Below, piece after piece: positions 1-8,653 of a DNA stretch of 64,000 nt. Source of the DNA: an uncultured archaeon (lineage in GTDB: Archaea; Nanobdellota; Nanobdellia; Pacearchaeales; GW2011-AR1); assembly GCA_903866625.1 (NCBI GenBank), contig CAIPOI010000008.1, positions 2,652 through 66,651 on the forward strand. Direction: 5' to 3'. Under the pieces are notes generated by a model. That model saw only the letters and a program-made list of their open reading frames with translations. It did not search any database and was not told where the DNA came from. The position numbers and the translations under genes were made by a program. How positions within the stretch are numbered: the stretch's first letter is position 1; the number at the start of each line of letters is the position of its first letter.

Positions 1-753
1 TATCTGCAATCATAGTTACTAATATGTTCAGAGTTTTGTTTAATATTTCAAAATCTGAGCCAGAGCATTCAATAAAGATGTCTTTTGTTGTTTCTTCTAC
101 CCTCCCAGTTTTATGGCTGTTAATTATTGGTGGCATACTTAAAATTTCATTATTTGCATCGATAAATATTGGAAATCTTTCTTTACCCTCTAATAAGTTC
201 CCATATTCTCTTCCTGTTGGATGTTGTTGTAAGATTTGCAATCCGGTCATTTCTCTGTCTGATTCTAGAGGTTGGAATTTGATATTTTCTGGTTTTCTTG
301 CTTCAAATCTTATTGGAAGTTTTATTTTTTCAAGTGGGTAGATGCCTATCGCAATTCTTTTTCTATTTCTTCCAAGAGTTTGATGGAGTTTTTCTTGGAT
401 ATCTATTATTTCTTTAATTTTTTCATCGTTAAATTTTATGTTTTTAAGTATGGCACAAGCCGTAAAGGGTCTTACTTCTTTTACACTGGAGTCTATTTTT
501 ACTTCAAAATTTTTTTCAGGTTTTTCTATTTTGTATTTCTTTAATCCTGGCTTTTTATTTAGGAAAGCTAAGAATGCTCGCATAAAGCCTTGTAATGAGT
601 ATAAGTCGGGTCTATTAGCTGTTATTTCTAATTCTATTTCATTTTCATCTATTCTTTCAAGGGCTACTCCCATTTGAGGTATTTGTTCTTCTATCTCTTT
701 TGTAATTTTTACATATTCTTCAAATTCTTTTCTGGATATTTTTATGTTTGCCA
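1..753 (-). CDS. pheT: Phenylalanyl-tRNA synthetase beta subunit, archaeal/eukaryotic type (N-terminal 251 codons; rest runs off the window)
   Basis: Absent from ORF track because it is open at the window edge. My reverse-strand translation from ATG at 753 gives MANIKISRKEFEEYVKITKEIEEQIPQMGVALERIDENEIELEITANRPDLYSLQGFMRAFL...GRNRKRIAIGIYPLEKIKLPIRFEA...ILSMPPIINSHKTG. These are typical archaeal PheT B3/B4-region motifs. It starts 10 nt after the pheS stop. The + strand ORFs at 24-677 are its antisense shadows. Confidence 0.8.
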
Positions 754-763
754 TAGTTATTTT

Positions 764-2287
764 TTATTGGGACAAAAATTTAATTTTTCTTAGTTGATCT
801 AAATCGTTTTTGTATAATTCTCTCATGTCGCTGATAGCATAAATTCCCATCATCATCCTGTCAAATCCTGGACCCCATGCTAAAACTGGAATGGGTTTGC
901 CTAATAATGGTTCTGTAACTTCGGGTCTAAATATTCCTGCTGCTAAAACTTCAATCCATTGCTTTTTTTGTTCATTCCAGACATAACCCTCTATACTTGG
1001 TTCAGTATATGGGAAGAAACTTGGTTGGAACTTTACTTTTTCATAACCCATTTTCTTTGCAAATTCTTTTAAATAACCTATTAGATTTCTAAAGTTAGCA
1101 TTTTCATCTACAACTATGCCCTCTGTTTGATTAAATTCAAAACCATGACTCCAATCTACAGTTTCATTTCTAAAACACTTTCCAACTGCAAAGAATTTTT
1201 GTGGAAGTTTTTTAATATCTAGGCTCGCGAGGGTTTTTGCAGATAGGGCTGTTGTATGTGTTCTAAGAATTATTCTTTGAGCTTCTTCTTCTTTCCAGTT
1301 GTATCTCCAACCTTTACTTCCTGCAACTCCTTTTTCATGAGATTTTTTTACTTGTTCCACTAGTTTTTTATCCGGGAGTTTTCCTTTTGCATTTTTTATA
1401 TAGAAAGTATCGTGTATTTCTCTCACTGGATGATTTTGAGCAGTGAATAAGGCATCAAAATTCCAGAATCCAACTTGCGTAGAAGTTCCAGTCATCTCTT
1501 TAAAACCCATTTCACTCCAAACTTTTCTTGCATAATCTCTGGCTTGATTAACAAAATGTCTTTTAGCTCCGTATATTTGTGGAACAGGAGATTTTATATC
1601 ATATCTTCTGAATTTTTTGCCTTTCCAAGAATTGCTTGTTAAGACTTCGGGAGTTAAGGCCTCAATTAAGTCTTCTCCTTTGATATTTTTTGATTCATTT
1701 ATTATTTCTTTTCCAAGTTCAGTAACCTCGAAGTTAACATTATTGTTGGTTATTAATTCAATTATGTTTTTTCTTCCCTTTAAACTTTCAAAAGCATATT
1801 TTTCTTCAGGTTTTAGAGCTTCAAAATCCATTGGTAATTTTTCTAAAAATTGTTCTTCTAATGTTTTTGTGGTTATTTCTTCTTTATTTCCATTAAATAC
1901 AAGGTTTCCTTCTGTTAAGGCTATTAAGGCTTTCTTCTTTAGAGCACCAAGTGCTGCTTGGAATTCATTATCTGTTAATCCTGAAGACTTTTTAGCATCA
2001 TTAAGGCTTATTGTCTTTTTATCCGCTACTACATTGATTAATCTTCTCTCAGGCAATCCTTTTTGTTTGTAAAGTATGCCATTAACTCCTAAATCAACTT
2101 GTTTAATTGAAGAGCTATTTAGTGTTAAGATTCCTTTATTTCCAAGGTATTCTAAAGCTCTTAATACTGCTACTTCTTCAAGCTGAGATTTTTTAGCTAT
2201 CTCTTTTATCACTTTTTCTTTTAATAGTGGAAGAATTTTTCTTTCATTTAAACTAAGAGATTCTAAAATTTCTTGTTTTTTATCCAT
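764..2287 (-). CDS. pheS: Phenylalanyl-tRNA synthetase alpha subunit (archaeal type)
   Basis: 507-aa ORF with class II aaRS motifs: GFWNFDALFTAQNHPVREIHDTFY, GKCFRNETVD, LAWGPGFDRMMM. N-terminal winged-helix-like repeats. Lies immediately upstream of pheT. A TATA-like box starts 29 nt upstream of the ATG. Confidence 0.93.
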   Translation of the reverse strand: MDKKQEILESLSLNERKILPLLKEKVIKEIAKKSQLEEVAVLRALEYLGNKGILTLNSSSIKQVDLGVNGILYKQKGLPERRLINVVADKKTISLNDAKKSSGLTDNEFQAALGALKKKALIALTEGNLVFNGNKEEITTKTLEEQFLEKLPMDFEALKPEEKYAFESLKGRKNIIELITNNNVNFEVTELGKEIINESKNIKGEDLIEALTPEVLTSNSWKGKKFRRYDIKSPVPQIYGAKRHFVNQARDYARKVWSEMGFKEMTGTSTQVGFWNFDALFTAQNHPVREIHDTFYIKNAKGKLPDKKLVEQVKKSHEKGVAGSKGWRYNWKEEEAQRIILRTHTTALSAKTLASLDIKKLPQKFFAVGKCFRNETVDWSHGFEFNQTEGIVVDENANFRNLIGYLKEFAKKMGYEKVKFQPSFFPYTEPSIEGYVWNEQKKQWIEVLAAGIFRPEVTEPLLGKPIPVLAWGPGFDRMMMGIYAISDMRELYKNDLDQLRKIKFLSQ

Positions 2288-2334
2288 TTTTATGATAGTT
2301 GATTGTTGTTTAAAAAGGTTGGTTTTACCAGAAT

Positions 2335-2793
2335 TTAATTAAAAAATAAAGCATCACTTGCTTGTTTTGTTGATGCTCCCAAACTAATAAGAATTGCTTG
2401 AAGTTCCTGCTTTTTTCTACTTTTTGTTAAGAAAACAATTTTTGTTCCTGCTTTTTTTGATAGCATTATATTTTGTTTTAATCTTGCTAGGCTTTTTGCT
2501 TGTTCAACATTGTTCTTTTTTATTATCTTGTCTAAATCTATTGCTATGCTTATGCTGTTTTTTTCTGCTAATTTTGCTAAAACTTCATTTAAATCCGAGT
2601 TTCTTTGTTTGCTATAATCTTTCTTATCCTGTTCTTCATTTATTATCAAGAAGTCAATTTTTATTTCAAGAGCCTTTCTATTGAACTCTTCATCTTGGCT
2701 GAGCACTGCTATTTGTTCTTGCGGATTATCTTTCTTTAATTTCTGAACCTGTTTTCTAAGTTCATTAAGATTATCTGTTGTTAGGGTTTGCAT
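2335..2793 (-). CDS. Possible RNase P protein component 3 (Rpp30-like), shortened
   Basis: 152-aa ORF. The segment IDFLII...LNEVLAKLAEKNSISIAIDLDKII...ARLKQNIMLSKKAGTKIVFLTKSRKKQELQAILISLGAS resembles the C-terminal TIM-barrel strands of archaeal Rpp30. It is much shorter than typical, so the assignment is tentative. Confidence 0.4.
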   Translation of the reverse strand: MQTLTTDNLNELRKQVQKLKKDNPQEQIAVLSQDEEFNRKALEIKIDFLIINEEQDKKDYSKQRNSDLNEVLAKLAEKNSISIAIDLDKIIKKNNVEQAKSLARLKQNIMLSKKAGTKIVFLTKSRKKQELQAILISLGASTKQASDALFFN

Positions 2794-2851
2794 TTTGTTA
2801 TATATTTTAAAAGATAACTTTATTTATAAACTTCTTGGAAGTTAAATTTTT

Positions 2852-3202
2852 ATGGCAGAAATAGACAGATTATTTGTTAACCTTACTGGAGACTCATTTG
2901 ATGATTTTGGTTTAAGAGGTAAGCGTTATGAAGTTAGAGCCTATGATTCTAGATTTAATGAGAAAACTGTTTTTAGGGGTAGGCAAGTTGAATTAAGGAA
3001 AGCCTACAGTCGCGGAAGTATTTGGACGATTATTGGAGATGTTTTTGTGTTAGATGATTTATCTGATTTTTTTCAAGCGGTTGATTATAGAAAAGTTGAA
3101 CCTCGAGCAAAGTCTAGGGAAGATGCAATAGCCGAGAATGCTCGGCTTCTTAAAAATCCTGAAAAATATATTGTTTTTGAAGTAGAGTTAAATAGAAGAT
3201 AA
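2852..3202 (+). CDS. Hypothetical protein (small soluble, possibly ASCH/PUA-like)
   Basis: 116-aa ORF with non-low-complexity composition. TTTATAAA box at 2823-2830, exactly 29 nt upstream of the ATG. Confidence 0.6.
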   Translation: MAEIDRLFVNLTGDSFDDFGLRGKRYEVRAYDSRFNEKTVFRGRQVELRKAYSRGSIWTIIGDVFVLDDLSDFFQAVDYRKVEPRAKSREDAIAENARLLKNPEKYIVFEVELNRR

Positions 3203-3266
3203 ATTTATTCAATAATAGTAAGGTCTTTAACTAAAGATTTATAATCTAAGCTTTGATTGAGTGTTT

Positions 3267-3680
3267 ATGTTATCAAAGAGGACCCTTTCTATATTAAAAG
3301 TAACTTGGTTGCCTTTGCTTAGAATTATAGAGTTTTTACATTTACATGATTATCGAGAAAAGTATCCAATTGGTTTTATAGATAAAAAGAAAATAGAACA
3401 AGTTAAAGATTATCTTTTAAAGAGAGGTTTTGAAATAAATATTTTTGCTTGGACTGATTTGGGCCAGGTGTATAGTCTTGCCAAACCTGATAGAAAAATA
3501 TATCATTATCACCTGAGGATATTTAATGATGGAGAAGTAAGGGGGCATTATGAATATAATGGAATGGAAAGACCCATTAAACATGTACTTGAACTTTTTC
3601 TTGCTCCAAGATCTAATTATTTTAAGAAACTTTTAAAGAAATATTTAATTAAGAAACCTATTCAACAGTTGTCCCTATAA
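3267..3680 (+). CDS. Hypothetical protein
   Basis: ORF track starts at GTG 3261. I prefer ATG 3267 because the TTTATAAT box at 3238-3245 lies 29 nt upstream of it. The 3' end overlaps convergent pyrH by 23 nt. Confidence 0.5.
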   Translation: MLSKRTLSILKVTWLPLLRIIEFLHLHDYREKYPIGFIDKKKIEQVKDYLLKRGFEINIFAWTDLGQVYSLAKPDRKIYHYHLRIFNDGEVRGHYEYNGMERPIKHVLELFLAPRSNYFKKLLKKYLIKKPIQQLSL

Positions 3681-4356
3681 AATCTTTATTGTTTAGAAGA
3701 TTATCTAGTTGTTTTGTATCTGGGCCAATAATATAAGTTTTTATCTTATTTTCTCTTATTACTTTCATGGCAACATGGTCAACAGGAGCATGCATGCCTG
3801 GTTTGTTTGGAATTGCCATAACTATTTTATTAAACTCTGCTATAGATGTTCTTTCTATGAACTTTGCTCCTTTTAACTCAGGATTTTTATCATATAAACC
3901 TTTAACATTTGTAAGATTAATAAAATCTGTTTTTAGAAATGCTGCTAACTTACAGGCTGTTGCATCACTGGTTTGATTTGGAGCATATCTCAAGGCTCCG
4001 CAGAAGATTATATCATTCTTTTTTAGAAGATTTTCAACATTCTTCATATCATGGGCTATACCTTTTTCAGGATCTATCCCAAAGAAGTAACTCATAAATC
4101 TTGCATTTAATCTTGTTATAGAGATTCCTACTAAACTTTGAAGATATTCTGATTTTTTATCTTCATTTAGGGCTTGTATGTATTTTCTTGCAACACTTCC
4201 GCCGCCACAGACAATAACAAACTTATATTTTGATTTGTTTTTGTTTATAACTTCTCTAAATTTTCTTAGAAACTCTAGATTAATTTTATTTGGAACTATT
4301 AAGCTTCCGCCAAGACTGAGAACTTGAACTCTTTTTTGCATAATATTATCTAACAA
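3658..4356 (-). CDS. pyrH: Uridylate (UMP) kinase, archaeal type
   Basis: 232 aa with amino-acid-kinase fold motifs: VLSLGGSLI, FVIVCGGGSVARKYI, GALRYAPNQTSDATA, GLYDKNP. Confidence 0.88.
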   Translation of the reverse strand: MLDNIMQKRVQVLSLGGSLIVPNKINLEFLRKFREVINKNKSKYKFVIVCGGGSVARKYIQALNEDKKSEYLQSLVGISITRLNARFMSYFFGIDPEKGIAHDMKNVENLLKKNDIIFCGALRYAPNQTSDATACKLAAFLKTDFINLTNVKGLYDKNPELKGAKFIERTSIAEFNKIVMAIPNKPGMHAPVDHVAMKVIRENKIKTYIIGPDTKQLDNLLNNKDFIGTTVE

Positions 4357-4402
4357 AGTCGATTATATAAACATTTTTAAATAAGGGGGGGATTTTATTT
4401 TA

Positions 4403-5161
4403 ATGGATACTATATTTGAGACAGATAAAAGATTGAGGATTTCTAAGGATATTTCTTCTCAACTTGAAGGAATTGTTCAGATGGTCTTACTTGGTGGTTC
4501 CATGGGGTTTGGTCAAAATTTTTCCGTGACAGACAAGTCAGATATTGATATGGTTGTTGTCTGTGATAAGAATTATGCTAGGGTGTTGGCTAGTCGACCC
4601 TATTTCGAAGGAAATGTGCCTCAAAATGTACTGGGAATGTTTGAAGATGGAATAATAAATTTGTTTTGGGTGACAAAAGCAGTAGATTCTGTAGAAGTAA
4701 ATACTTTTGTTTATGAAACCGAGGGATACAAAAAGTTTTGTTCTTTTGAGGGCGGATTAAAAGGATATATACCTACAAGACCTGCTGAAACTCAAGAGAG
4801 TTATGGATTTGATGGAACAATGTTTACTTTTAAGAGAAATGTCGTTACATGTCCTGATGGATTTATTTATGAAAAACCTGCTTTGGCTAATGGAAGATTT
4901 TGGGGTGGTCCCCCAAGGGGAGATTTTCTTATTCGTTCTTGTATCTTATATCAAAAAGATGGATTTTTTGATGAAATGCAAAACAGAGTTTGGAAAAATG
5001 TTGTTAAGCAAATGGTTAAAGAGCATGGAAGGGCATTAGATTTAAATAAAATTAATATACTAAATACAGATTTTACTTATCAAAGAAAAAGAGAAAAGCT
5101 TTCTCCAGAAGTAATTGAAGAAACTATGGACCGAACTAGAAAGGAACTCGCTAAACGGTAA
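4403..5161 (+). CDS. Pol-beta-superfamily nucleotidyltransferase-domain protein
   Basis: LLGGSMGFGQNFSVTDKSDIDMVVV fits the G-S-x(9-13)-D-x-D minimal NTase motif. The rest is unassigned. Confidence 0.55.
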   Translation: MDTIFETDKRLRISKDISSQLEGIVQMVLLGGSMGFGQNFSVTDKSDIDMVVVCDKNYARVLASRPYFEGNVPQNVLGMFEDGIINLFWVTKAVDSVEVNTFVYETEGYKKFCSFEGGLKGYIPTRPAETQESYGFDGTMFTFKRNVVTCPDGFIYEKPALANGRFWGGPPRGDFLIRSCILYQKDGFFDEMQNRVWKNVVKQMVKEHGRALDLNKINILNTDFTYQRKREKLSPEVIEETMDRTRKELAKR

Positions 5162-5432
5162 ACAAACTTGAATCGTTAACATCAAAAACCTTTAATCTTG
5201 CGCCACAATCTAACCAACCATGAGCATAGTAAATTGCTCCGAAACTATTTATTAAATCTTCTTGTTTCTCAAAGTGTTTGCTGTCTTTTAGATAGCAGTC
5301 AACCATTTCAACTATTTCTTTTGCTTCTTTTTCTTTGCCTTTGCTTATGCTTTTTTTTATAATACCGAAGGCTTTTTCAGTAATTGCTCTATATTTTTCT
5401 ATAGTTTGTTTCGTTATTATTTCTTTAGTCAT
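5151..5432 (-). CDS. Small helical protein, DUF357-like
   Basis: 93 aa. C-terminal AIYYAHGWLDCGARL resembles the conserved Y-x-x-G-W-L-D-x-G motif of the archaeal DUF357 family. Confidence 0.45.
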   Translation of the reverse strand: MTKEIITKQTIEKYRAITEKAFGIIKKSISKGKEKEAKEIVEMVDCYLKDSKHFEKQEDLINSFGAIYYAHGWLDCGARLKVFDVNDSSLFTV

Positions 5433-5636
5433 AAATTATAGTATATATTACTATATTTAAGTTTTGGTGTATATCTCTTAACACTATAGTTCTAAAGATA
5501 TATCTAAAGAAATGGACTTTCCAAAGTTTTAGTTTTGAATATAATGTTTGAATTACAGAAATCGTTTAAAAAGCCAGATATTTAGTTTGTAAAAGAGGCT
5601 TGGGGGGGTTTGGTGATACCCTCCCTTCCTTTTTTC

Positions 5637-6305
5637 TTAAATTTTTGCTAAGGAAGGATTTTGTGGTAAGGGGTATCGAGGTCTGAATTGAATGCCCTGG
5701 GAAATTGGACTGATTTGGTTTAGATTTCTTTTTAATACAAATGAAGAGCCATTAGCAGAGAACACTGCGGCTATTTCTAAACTATTAAATCTTGCTTTTA
5801 ACATTCCTTCTATCAAGGGTATTCTTGCTTTTTCAGAAAATGATTTGATTATACTATCAATTTCCTCTTTATTTAGAGTTAAATCTACTTTCATTATTCT
5901 TCCAGCTTTTCTGATTGTTATATCTTTATTTTCTCCAGCACAATCAATGTAACTTACCGAAGGATCATTAACTAACGTCATAAGCTTTCCGAAATTTATT
6001 TCCCCGGGCTTAATTGGTATGTTCTGAATTGGAATTTTTATTTTTTGTTCTACTGGTTTTTGAATTAATGGTTTGGCGATTGGTTTTGGAGTATTTGGTT
6101 GATTTTGTGAATCTCGTTTTATTTTTTGTTCTTCAGAATATCCTGAAAATCTTATCTTTAGTTTTTCAGCCTGAACTTCTTGTTCTATTCTTTTTTCTTC
6201 AAAAATGTTGGCTTCTTGGGAATCTAATTCAAATTTCACTCTTAAAAGTATTTCTTCTGTAAATTTTTTTAGAAACCTATCGTATATTTCCTGTCGAGAT
6301 GACAT
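5637..6305 (-). CDS. Hypothetical protein with GspE/FlaI-N-terminal-like domain and no ATPase domain
   Basis: The track ORF extends to 6434 but overlaps the upstream gene by 128 nt. ATG at 6305 (MSSRQEIY...) sits 1 nt after that gene's stop. C-terminal LVNDPSVSYIDCAGENKDITIRKAGRIMKVDLTLNKEEIDSIIKSFSEKARIPLIEGMLKA resembles the N-domain of secretion/pilus ATPases. No Walker motif follows. Confidence 0.45.
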   Translation of the reverse strand: MSSRQEIYDRFLKKFTEEILLRVKFELDSQEANIFEEKRIEQEVQAEKLKIRFSGYSEEQKIKRDSQNQPNTPKPIAKPLIQKPVEQKIKIPIQNIPIKPGEINFGKLMTLVNDPSVSYIDCAGENKDITIRKAGRIMKVDLTLNKEEIDSIIKSFSEKARIPLIEGMLKARFNSLEIAAVFSANGSSFVLKRNLNQISPISQGIQFRPRYPLPQNPSLAKI

Positions 6306-6306
6306 A

Positions 6307-6747
6307 TTAAATTCTTGGAAGAGGTTTTGGTTTTGAAGGGTTTTCTTCGAGTCTTGGTAACAACTCTCGAGTTCTTTGAATATTTGGTTGATTTTGAGGC
6401 ATCTTTGGCATTGGATTTTCTCCTTGTTCGCCATAGATTCTATGTCTTATTTTCTCCTCCATAAGAGTTAAACCTTTAGCAATTGTTTTATTTTGATCCA
6501 ATAGAGTATCTAAACGATTTAACATAGCTTTTTCTTCACTTCCACCCAAATCCTCTTGTTTTTTTATGAAGCTCTTTGCAGATATTTCAAATAATTGCAA
6601 AAGTTTTGAAATATTGTCTGATAACCCATCAAATTTTACTGTTAAGTTTGTTAGAACTCTTTGGAGACTTACAAAATTTTCTAATATTGCTTGTTGAAGC
6701 TCTCTGTTAGTGAGTGGCTTAGATTTTCTTATTTCCCCTTTTTCCAT
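6307..6747 (-). CDS. Hypothetical coiled-coil protein
   Basis: 146-aa ORF, tightly coupled to the downstream gene. No recognisable motif. Confidence 0.5.
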   Translation of the reverse strand: MEKGEIRKSKPLTNRELQQAILENFVSLQRVLTNLTVKFDGLSDNISKLLQLFEISAKSFIKKQEDLGGSEEKAMLNRLDTLLDQNKTIAKGLTLMEEKIRHRIYGEQGENPMPKMPQNQPNIQRTRELLPRLEENPSKPKPLPRI

Positions 6748-6792
6748 CTTGTTTTTAATAGGTTTAAGTAATTTATAAAGTTTGCTTAATTA

Positions 6793-6863
6793 TGGACTCT
6801 TCGGGAATCGAACCCGAAACAACGGTTCTGGAGACCGGTATGATACCTTTTCACTAAGAGTCC
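6793..6863 (-). tRNA. tRNA-Trp (anticodon CCA)
   Basis: Reverse complement is GGACTCTTAGTGAAAAGGTATCATACCGGTCTCCAGAACCGTTGTTTCGGGTTCGATTCCCGAAGAGTCCA. It has a 7-bp acceptor stem, a TTCGATT T-loop and a CTCCAGA anticodon loop. It is a GC-rich island in AT-rich DNA. Confidence 0.85.
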
Positions 6864-6914
6864 TGAATTATAAATTAAGCAAAAAGGATGTTTTAAAGTT
6901 AACTCTTTGAAAAA

Positions 6915-7592
6915 TTAGCTCTTTTTCATAACTTGAATTTCTTTTTCAGTTATAGAAGCTCCGCCAAATTTTAGGGCATATAGTAAAGCTTCTAAGGCAT
7001 CTTTATCGTGGATTTCTAAGAGCTGTTTTTTTATTGCTATAAAAGCTAGTTCTGTGGAGCGAATTATTTTTATATTTTGGAAGTAGGAAAAATCACCTTT
7101 TATTAAAATTGGAGAATGAACTTTTTGCTCGATTATCTTTTTTAAGTTTTCTGGATTTTCTACTAAAAGTCTTGCAGTTCTTTCGTCTATCACTGAAATA
7201 TTTTCAATACCTTTTTCATTTAATATTTTTGATAAAGCCAAACATTCTATTTCTCCTTCTTCGACTAAACTTATGGGTTTGGTGTTAGCATAGAGCATAT
7301 TATTGGCTTTTAAGAGCATTTTTTGAGTTTCCCTTATTATTTCTTGCTCATTAAAGAATTCTTTTGCTTCTTCAAGTACTCCTAAACTTATAAGCTCCTC
7401 AATTCTTACTGCTCCCCACTCAAATCTCTGTATTTTTTTTGGATGTTCGAGTGTTTCATATTTCACTCCTGGAGTTATTATAAAGTGTCCGGCGAATTCT
7501 TTCTTTAGTTTTAAGATTAGATCAAATAAGCCGTTACTGATCATATTAATTAATGCACTTGAGTCAAATATAATGTACTTTTCTTTCTTCAT
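6915..7592 (-). CDS. PIN-like domain protein (large)
   Basis: N-terminal YIIFDSSALINM, mid EEGEIECLALS and VIDERTARLL supply the acidic residues spaced as in PIN nucleases. Its start overlaps the upstream gene's stop by 4 nt. Confidence 0.5.
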   Translation of the reverse strand: MKKEKYIIFDSSALINMISNGLFDLILKLKKEFAGHFIITPGVKYETLEHPKKIQRFEWGAVRIEELISLGVLEEAKEFFNEQEIIRETQKMLLKANNMLYANTKPISLVEEGEIECLALSKILNEKGIENISVIDERTARLLVENPENLKKIIEQKVHSPILIKGDFSYFQNIKIIRSTELAFIAIKKQLLEIHDKDALEALLYALKFGGASITEKEIQVMKKS

Positions 7593-8149
7593 TTGAATAT
7601 CTCCTGTGCTGTTTTTAACCTATCTTTTATATCTTGAGTATATGTTAAACTTAAATCTAAAAATTGTTTTTGCCCAATATACTGATTTAGATCCCATATG
7701 CTCAATCCAAGAATTTTTGCTGTTTTTTCCATAGAAATTCCGTGCTCATACATTTTTGAACCCTTGTTTATTTGAGCTTTTCTAAATATCTCTTGAATGT
7801 AACTTTTAAGATTAATCGGTAGTTTGTTAAGATTAGATTCAATATGTCCTATTTCTTCCCTATAGTTTTCTAAATCTTTTCTTTTTAGTGCAATAGAAGC
7901 TTGTTGAAGGCATTTTATGCTCTTTTTTGTAAAGTCATTCCAACCCGGAATAGCTTTTGAACCTTGTCTTTCCATAAGTTTTTCAATAGCATATAGAATT
8001 ACGGCTATTGCAATATTATCGGGGTCTTGGTAGATTGAAGCTGAGTGAATAGTTTGATTGCTTAGTTCTTTTATTTTGGAAAAATCATTCTCTTTTATTG
8101 CTCTATTAGCTTTTAAAAGAATCTCAAGTATGTGTTCGGGTTCTTGCAT
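7589..8149 (-). CDS. Hypothetical protein with C-terminal helix-turn-helix-like segment
   Basis: 186 aa. GISMEKTAKILGLSIWDLNQYIG looks like an HTH. Translationally coupled (4-nt overlap) to the downstream PIN-like gene. Confidence 0.5.
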   Translation of the reverse strand: MQEPEHILEILLKANRAIKENDFSKIKELSNQTIHSASIYQDPDNIAIAVILYAIEKLMERQGSKAIPGWNDFTKKSIKCLQQASIALKRKDLENYREEIGHIESNLNKLPINLKSYIQEIFRKAQINKGSKMYEHGISMEKTAKILGLSIWDLNQYIGQKQFLDLSLTYTQDIKDRLKTAQEIFK

Positions 8150-8210
8150 CCTCTCTTTAGTTTAGTAATGAAAAGCCAATATTTAAAACTTGGGTTTTCT
8201 TAGTTTATTC

Positions 8211-8597
8211 ATGAAATCAGTTATATTAGATACAAACTTTTTGATTTATTGTGCAGAAAATAAAGTAGATTATGCTACTGATATAATGAATATTATGTCT
8301 GGTGGTTATGAATTAATTGTTTTGAAACCAGTTTTGCTTGAGCTTACTCTTATAACTCAGAAAGCTAAGAAATATAGTGATAAACAGGCCGCAAATCTGG
8401 CTCTAAAGTTATTAGAATTTAATAAGGTTAGAATTGTAGATAGTTCTACAAACATAGCCGACGACGCTATTGTCAATTTTTGTGAAAAAAATTCAGGAGT
8501 TATTGTAGCTACCTTGGATTTAGCACTAAGAAAAAGGTTAAAAGAAATAGCCAAGGTGATGATTGTTAATGAAGCAAAAGAGCTTGGTTTTGCATAA
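8211..8597 (+). CDS. PIN-domain protein, Fcf1/Utp24-like (archaeal rRNA-processing-type PIN)
   Basis: VILDTNFLIY...VATLDLALRKRLKE. It sits directly upstream of rpoE', a position seen in many archaea. The track start is TTG 8190. ATG 8211 is preferred because a TATTTAAAA box ends 23 nt upstream of it. Confidence 0.7.
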   Translation: MKSVILDTNFLIYCAENKVDYATDIMNIMSGGYELIVLKPVLLELTLITQKAKKYSDKQAANLALKLLEFNKVRIVDSSTNIADDAIVNFCEKNSGVIVATLDLALRKRLKEIAKVMIVNEAKELGFA

Positions 8598-8653
8598 TTT
8601 GGTTTTTTGGGCTGTCACGTAAGCTTTATAAATCCATTTTTTGTCTTATTTTT

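Noticed and set aside
24-677. Three overlapping + strand ORFs (105, 90 and 79 aa) at the left edge
   Set aside because: They are Phe/Ile/Leu-rich low-complexity translations. The opposite strand reads as a clean archaeal PheT N-terminus in one continuous frame from ATG 753, so these are antisense shadows.
1617-2684. + strand ORFs 1617-2072 and 2394-2684
   Set aside because: They are antisense to pheS and to the Rpp30-like gene, and have an F/L/S-rich composition typical of shadow frames in AT-rich DNA.
6306-6434. Longer version of the 5637 ORF extending to 6434
   Set aside because: It would overlap the upstream gene by 128 nt in another frame. An ATG at 6305, immediately after that gene's stop, gives a conventional coupled arrangement.
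8211-8597. Calling the PIN protein upstream of rpoE' a VapC toxin
   Set aside because: There is no adjacent antitoxin. Its position in the conserved rpoE'-spt4 neighbourhood and its Fcf1-like motifs point to a housekeeping RNA-processing PIN.
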